This document shows positions 60,818 through 64,000 of a stretch of 64,000 nucleotides of DNA, piece by piece. Position 1 is the first letter of the stretch. Each line of letters begins with the position of its first letter. Below the pieces are notes generated by a model. It was not told the origin of the DNA. It did no database searches and was given only the letters and a program-made list of their open reading frames with translations. This DNA comes from Vairimorpha necatrix (lineage: Eukaryota): positions 186,001 through 250,000 of the forward strand of contig CP142735.1 of the NCBI GenBank assembly GCA_036630325.1, given 5' to 3'. The position numbers and the translations under genes are program-made.

Positions 60818-63800
60818 TGTTGGAATGAAAACATGGGTTTATTTATTATAAAATATTTAAAGAACAACATGTCAAAAAACTCAAAATAAACATTGCCATA
60901 TTTAACATGTGTTACACTTCCTACACTACCCTACCTTTAAAAGCTTAACGTGATTTCGACTTGCCATAACTGTTTTTCCATTATCTAGTAACACTTTGAA
61001 TGAATTAAATCGCAGGTCTATAACCGTTCCTTTTTCTTCCCATTTTGGTTCAAATTTTCCTCTGAACGGTAGAATTAAATAATACCAAACTCTATCTCCC
61101 ACCTTAATGGCATCCTTATCCCCGGAATTAGCTTTTTTACTCGTGTCGTATTCTCGTCTGTAAACTTCCAAGTTCTTAATAGCTTGCTCCTGAAACTCTT
61201 TCTTATCTTTTGTTAAATGCATTCCTTCCTGTACATCTAACTTATTTGGAACTATTCCTGTTAAGAGTTCTATTGGTGCACACCCTATAGCCCTATGATA
61301 TGATTGCATATAGGCTCTGACTGCTTCGGGGACACATTTTGCCCAATCAAATTTCCCAAATTCTGTAACCTTCCTTAATTTTATGGCTATTGTCCTGTTA
61401 AACCTCTCAACAAGCCTCGTGGTTGTAGGTTTATAAGGGGAACCATATTTCCAGATAAATTTTTTGGTCTTCGCATATCCCTCACAGATATTATTTTTGA
61501 ATTCTTTACCATTATCAGATAAAATGGCTTTTGGAATACCATACTTCCTGACTATATGTTTATCTACCAAATAAATGACCGTGTTCATGTCTTTGGTATA
61601 AATCGGCACCACCTCTGCAACTTTCGAAAAGTGGTCAATCATTGTCAATAAGAATCTATATTTCTGCTCGCTTTCTCTCAAGGGTCCTACTATGTCTACT
61701 TCCCAAATTTCGCCTATTGTCTTCATTACTAAGGGTACAATGTCACTAAATTTCCTCTGTGGTTTTTCTTTTTGACATATTTCACAATTATCTACGTAAT
61801 TTTCTATGTCTCTACTCATATTTTTCCAAGTAAATTTTCGCCCAATATTATATTTCATATTCTGTTTTGATCCATGCCCTAATAAATCATGATAAAACTT
61901 CAATAGCACTATTGTCCTTTCTTTTTTAACTATTTTCTTTTGGATTGAATTTATTTCAAAAACGTTCTCCTCTGGTTTTTTAAATTCTCTGCTCAGGTGA
62001 TCCGTATAGTTTGATGGTCCTAATATATATTCAATATCAAAATCATATTCTTGTAGTAGTAATGACCATCTAGCCAACCTAGCTTTTACATTTCTAGACT
62101 TAAACAAGTATTTCAAAGCCTGATGATCCGTTTTTAGTGTAAATTTCCCTAATAATAAATATTCTCTGAATTTTTAAATCGACTTTATAACTGCTAGCAA
62201 TTCTTGCTCAGTAGTAGAATAGTTTTTTTCTGTCTTGGAGTGTAAAGAGCTGTAATAAGAAATAATCTTGTCTTTCCCGTCACACATTTGTGCCAATGTG
62301 GCCCCGCATCCCTCATTCGATGCATCTGTGGTCAAAATAAATTTATCTTTTAAATTTGGTATCGTCAATAAGGCCGTTTTCTTCATTGCCTGTTTTACCT
62401 CTTCTATTGCCTCGCAGTATTTTTTATCATTCTCTGCATTTTTCCAGAAGTTATCCGCTTCCTCATTCTTGAGTCTTATTATGTCAAATAGTGGGTTAAC
62501 CACCCTGTGACTGTTTTTTATGAATTTAGCACAATAATTATACAGTCCCAACAAAGATTGTAATTTCTTCTTACTTTTAGAAACTGGAAATTCTTGAATG
62601 CTTTTAACTCTTTCTACATCCACACTTATTCCCTCCTTTGATATAACATGACCTAAAATTTTTAAGTGGGTCTTATTAAATTCACACTTCTTTTTATTAA
62701 GTTTTAGTCCTACTGACTTGAGCTTTTCTAATACCCTTTTAACATCTCTTCTATGATCTTCTTCCGTTTTACTATAAATTAGTATATCGTCCATATATAC
62801 TACAACAAATTTAAATAAGAATTCTTTTAAGATATTATTCATCACGCGCTGAAATGTCGCAGGTCCATTGACAAGCCCAAATGGCATTTTCGTAAATTCG
62901 AATAACCCTTCTCTACAAGCGAAGGCTGTCTTTTCTATATCACAAGGCGCCATATCAATTTGATGATATCCCCATTCTGCGTCCAATTTTGTGAAGTAAG
63001 TAGCGCCCTCTAATGCATTAATAAATTCTTCTACTCGTGGCATTGGGTATGCGTCCTTAATCGTTGCATCATTAAATCTTCTATAGTCCACACATAACCT
63101 GTGATCTCCATTCTTTTTGGGAACAATTATTATCGGACTTCTCCATGCACTTTCACTTGGTCTTATGATTCCCAAGCTCAGGTATTCTTTTACTATTTTA
63201 GAGGCTATGTCCTCTTTTGCGCCACCTAACTTGTATAACTGTGTAAGTATTGGTCTATCATCTTTTGTGATGATCTTGTGGTAACCTATGGCTTTACCCT
63301 TTGCCATTAACCCAGATTCAAGTTCCATTCTATTATCCCCAAATCTTAAATTTATTTTGTATTTATCCAGTAACGCATGTCCAATGATACATGGAATTGT
63401 AATATCTCTTGTTGTAATAAAATTATCTTCAAAAATCATCCCTTCCATTTTAATCTTAGCTACAGTTTCCCCAAAATTTTTATCTTCGATCCGTTTGCTG
63501 CCCTAAGTTGTTGTTTTGAACGATTAACTATGGTTTTATTTGGTAAAAATTCTGGTCTAATCAGATTTAGATCTGCTCCTGTATCAATCAATAACTTGAA
63601 TCTTACTTCAGAATTATTCACTGAGGCTGCTTTAAGCGTTATTCTAGTGTCATTAAATCTTGAAGAGGAATAGTTAAAAATAATTTTATTTAAATCATCT
63701 TCTTTATCTTCCTCTTTTATTTTCTCTATTTCTCTTACATTCTTCCGGAGACCATTAAATCTGCATTGAGCAACTATATGGCCTTTTTGGCCGCAAATAA

Positions 63801-64000
63801 AACACCTAATTTTACCCGTCTTCTCCGTTTTCCGATTCTCTTTTGGGTATACCTTCCCCCTAATCGCATCTACCTCCATCGGCCCACTTCGCGCTACTTC
63901 TGTATATCTTGGTACATTTTCGCACTTCACGTTACTCAAAGCTCTGTAGATGTACTCCCATGATAAAGAATCCTTGTTGTTCATTAACACAATATTTGCT
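60818..64000 (-). mobile_element. Ty3/gypsy element (Gag end, PR, RT, RNase H, IN, 3' LTR), continues beyond the window
   Basis: PMEVD..CFICGQKGHIVAQC, LIDTGAD, YMDD, TDAS, SDNGKEF. PPT then tgtaac at 60916. One frameshift and one stop. Left LTR edge uncertain. Confidence 0.92.

Overview
This is an AT-rich eukaryotic window, roughly two-thirds of which is nested, mostly decayed transposable elements. The CCC/GGG motif just upstream of start codons and the mix of element families point to a large-genome microsporidian (inference). Contents: (1) about 9 Ty3/gypsy LTR retrotransposons or remnants; (2) six Merlin (IS1016/ISXO2-like) DNA transposons plus two copies of an 8-bp-TSD MITE; (3) three families of Ginger-type integrase-only DNA transposons; (4) one DD34E IS630/Tc1 element; (5) fragments of two restriction-like-endonuclease (R2/R4-type) LINE families; (6) a solo LTR; (7) a ~165-bp tandem repeat; (8) only one plausible host gene (48043-48702). 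Most notable: a complete 3.1-kb gypsy element with 48-bp LTRs and no protease; a 786-bp tRNA-headed SINE with a 13-bp TSD; a Ginger2-bounded ~18-kb inversion reconstructed from swapped flanks; and a third internal TIR copy at the promoter end of four different Merlin families. All calls come from motif recognition and manual TIR/TSD reading. No database searches were run.
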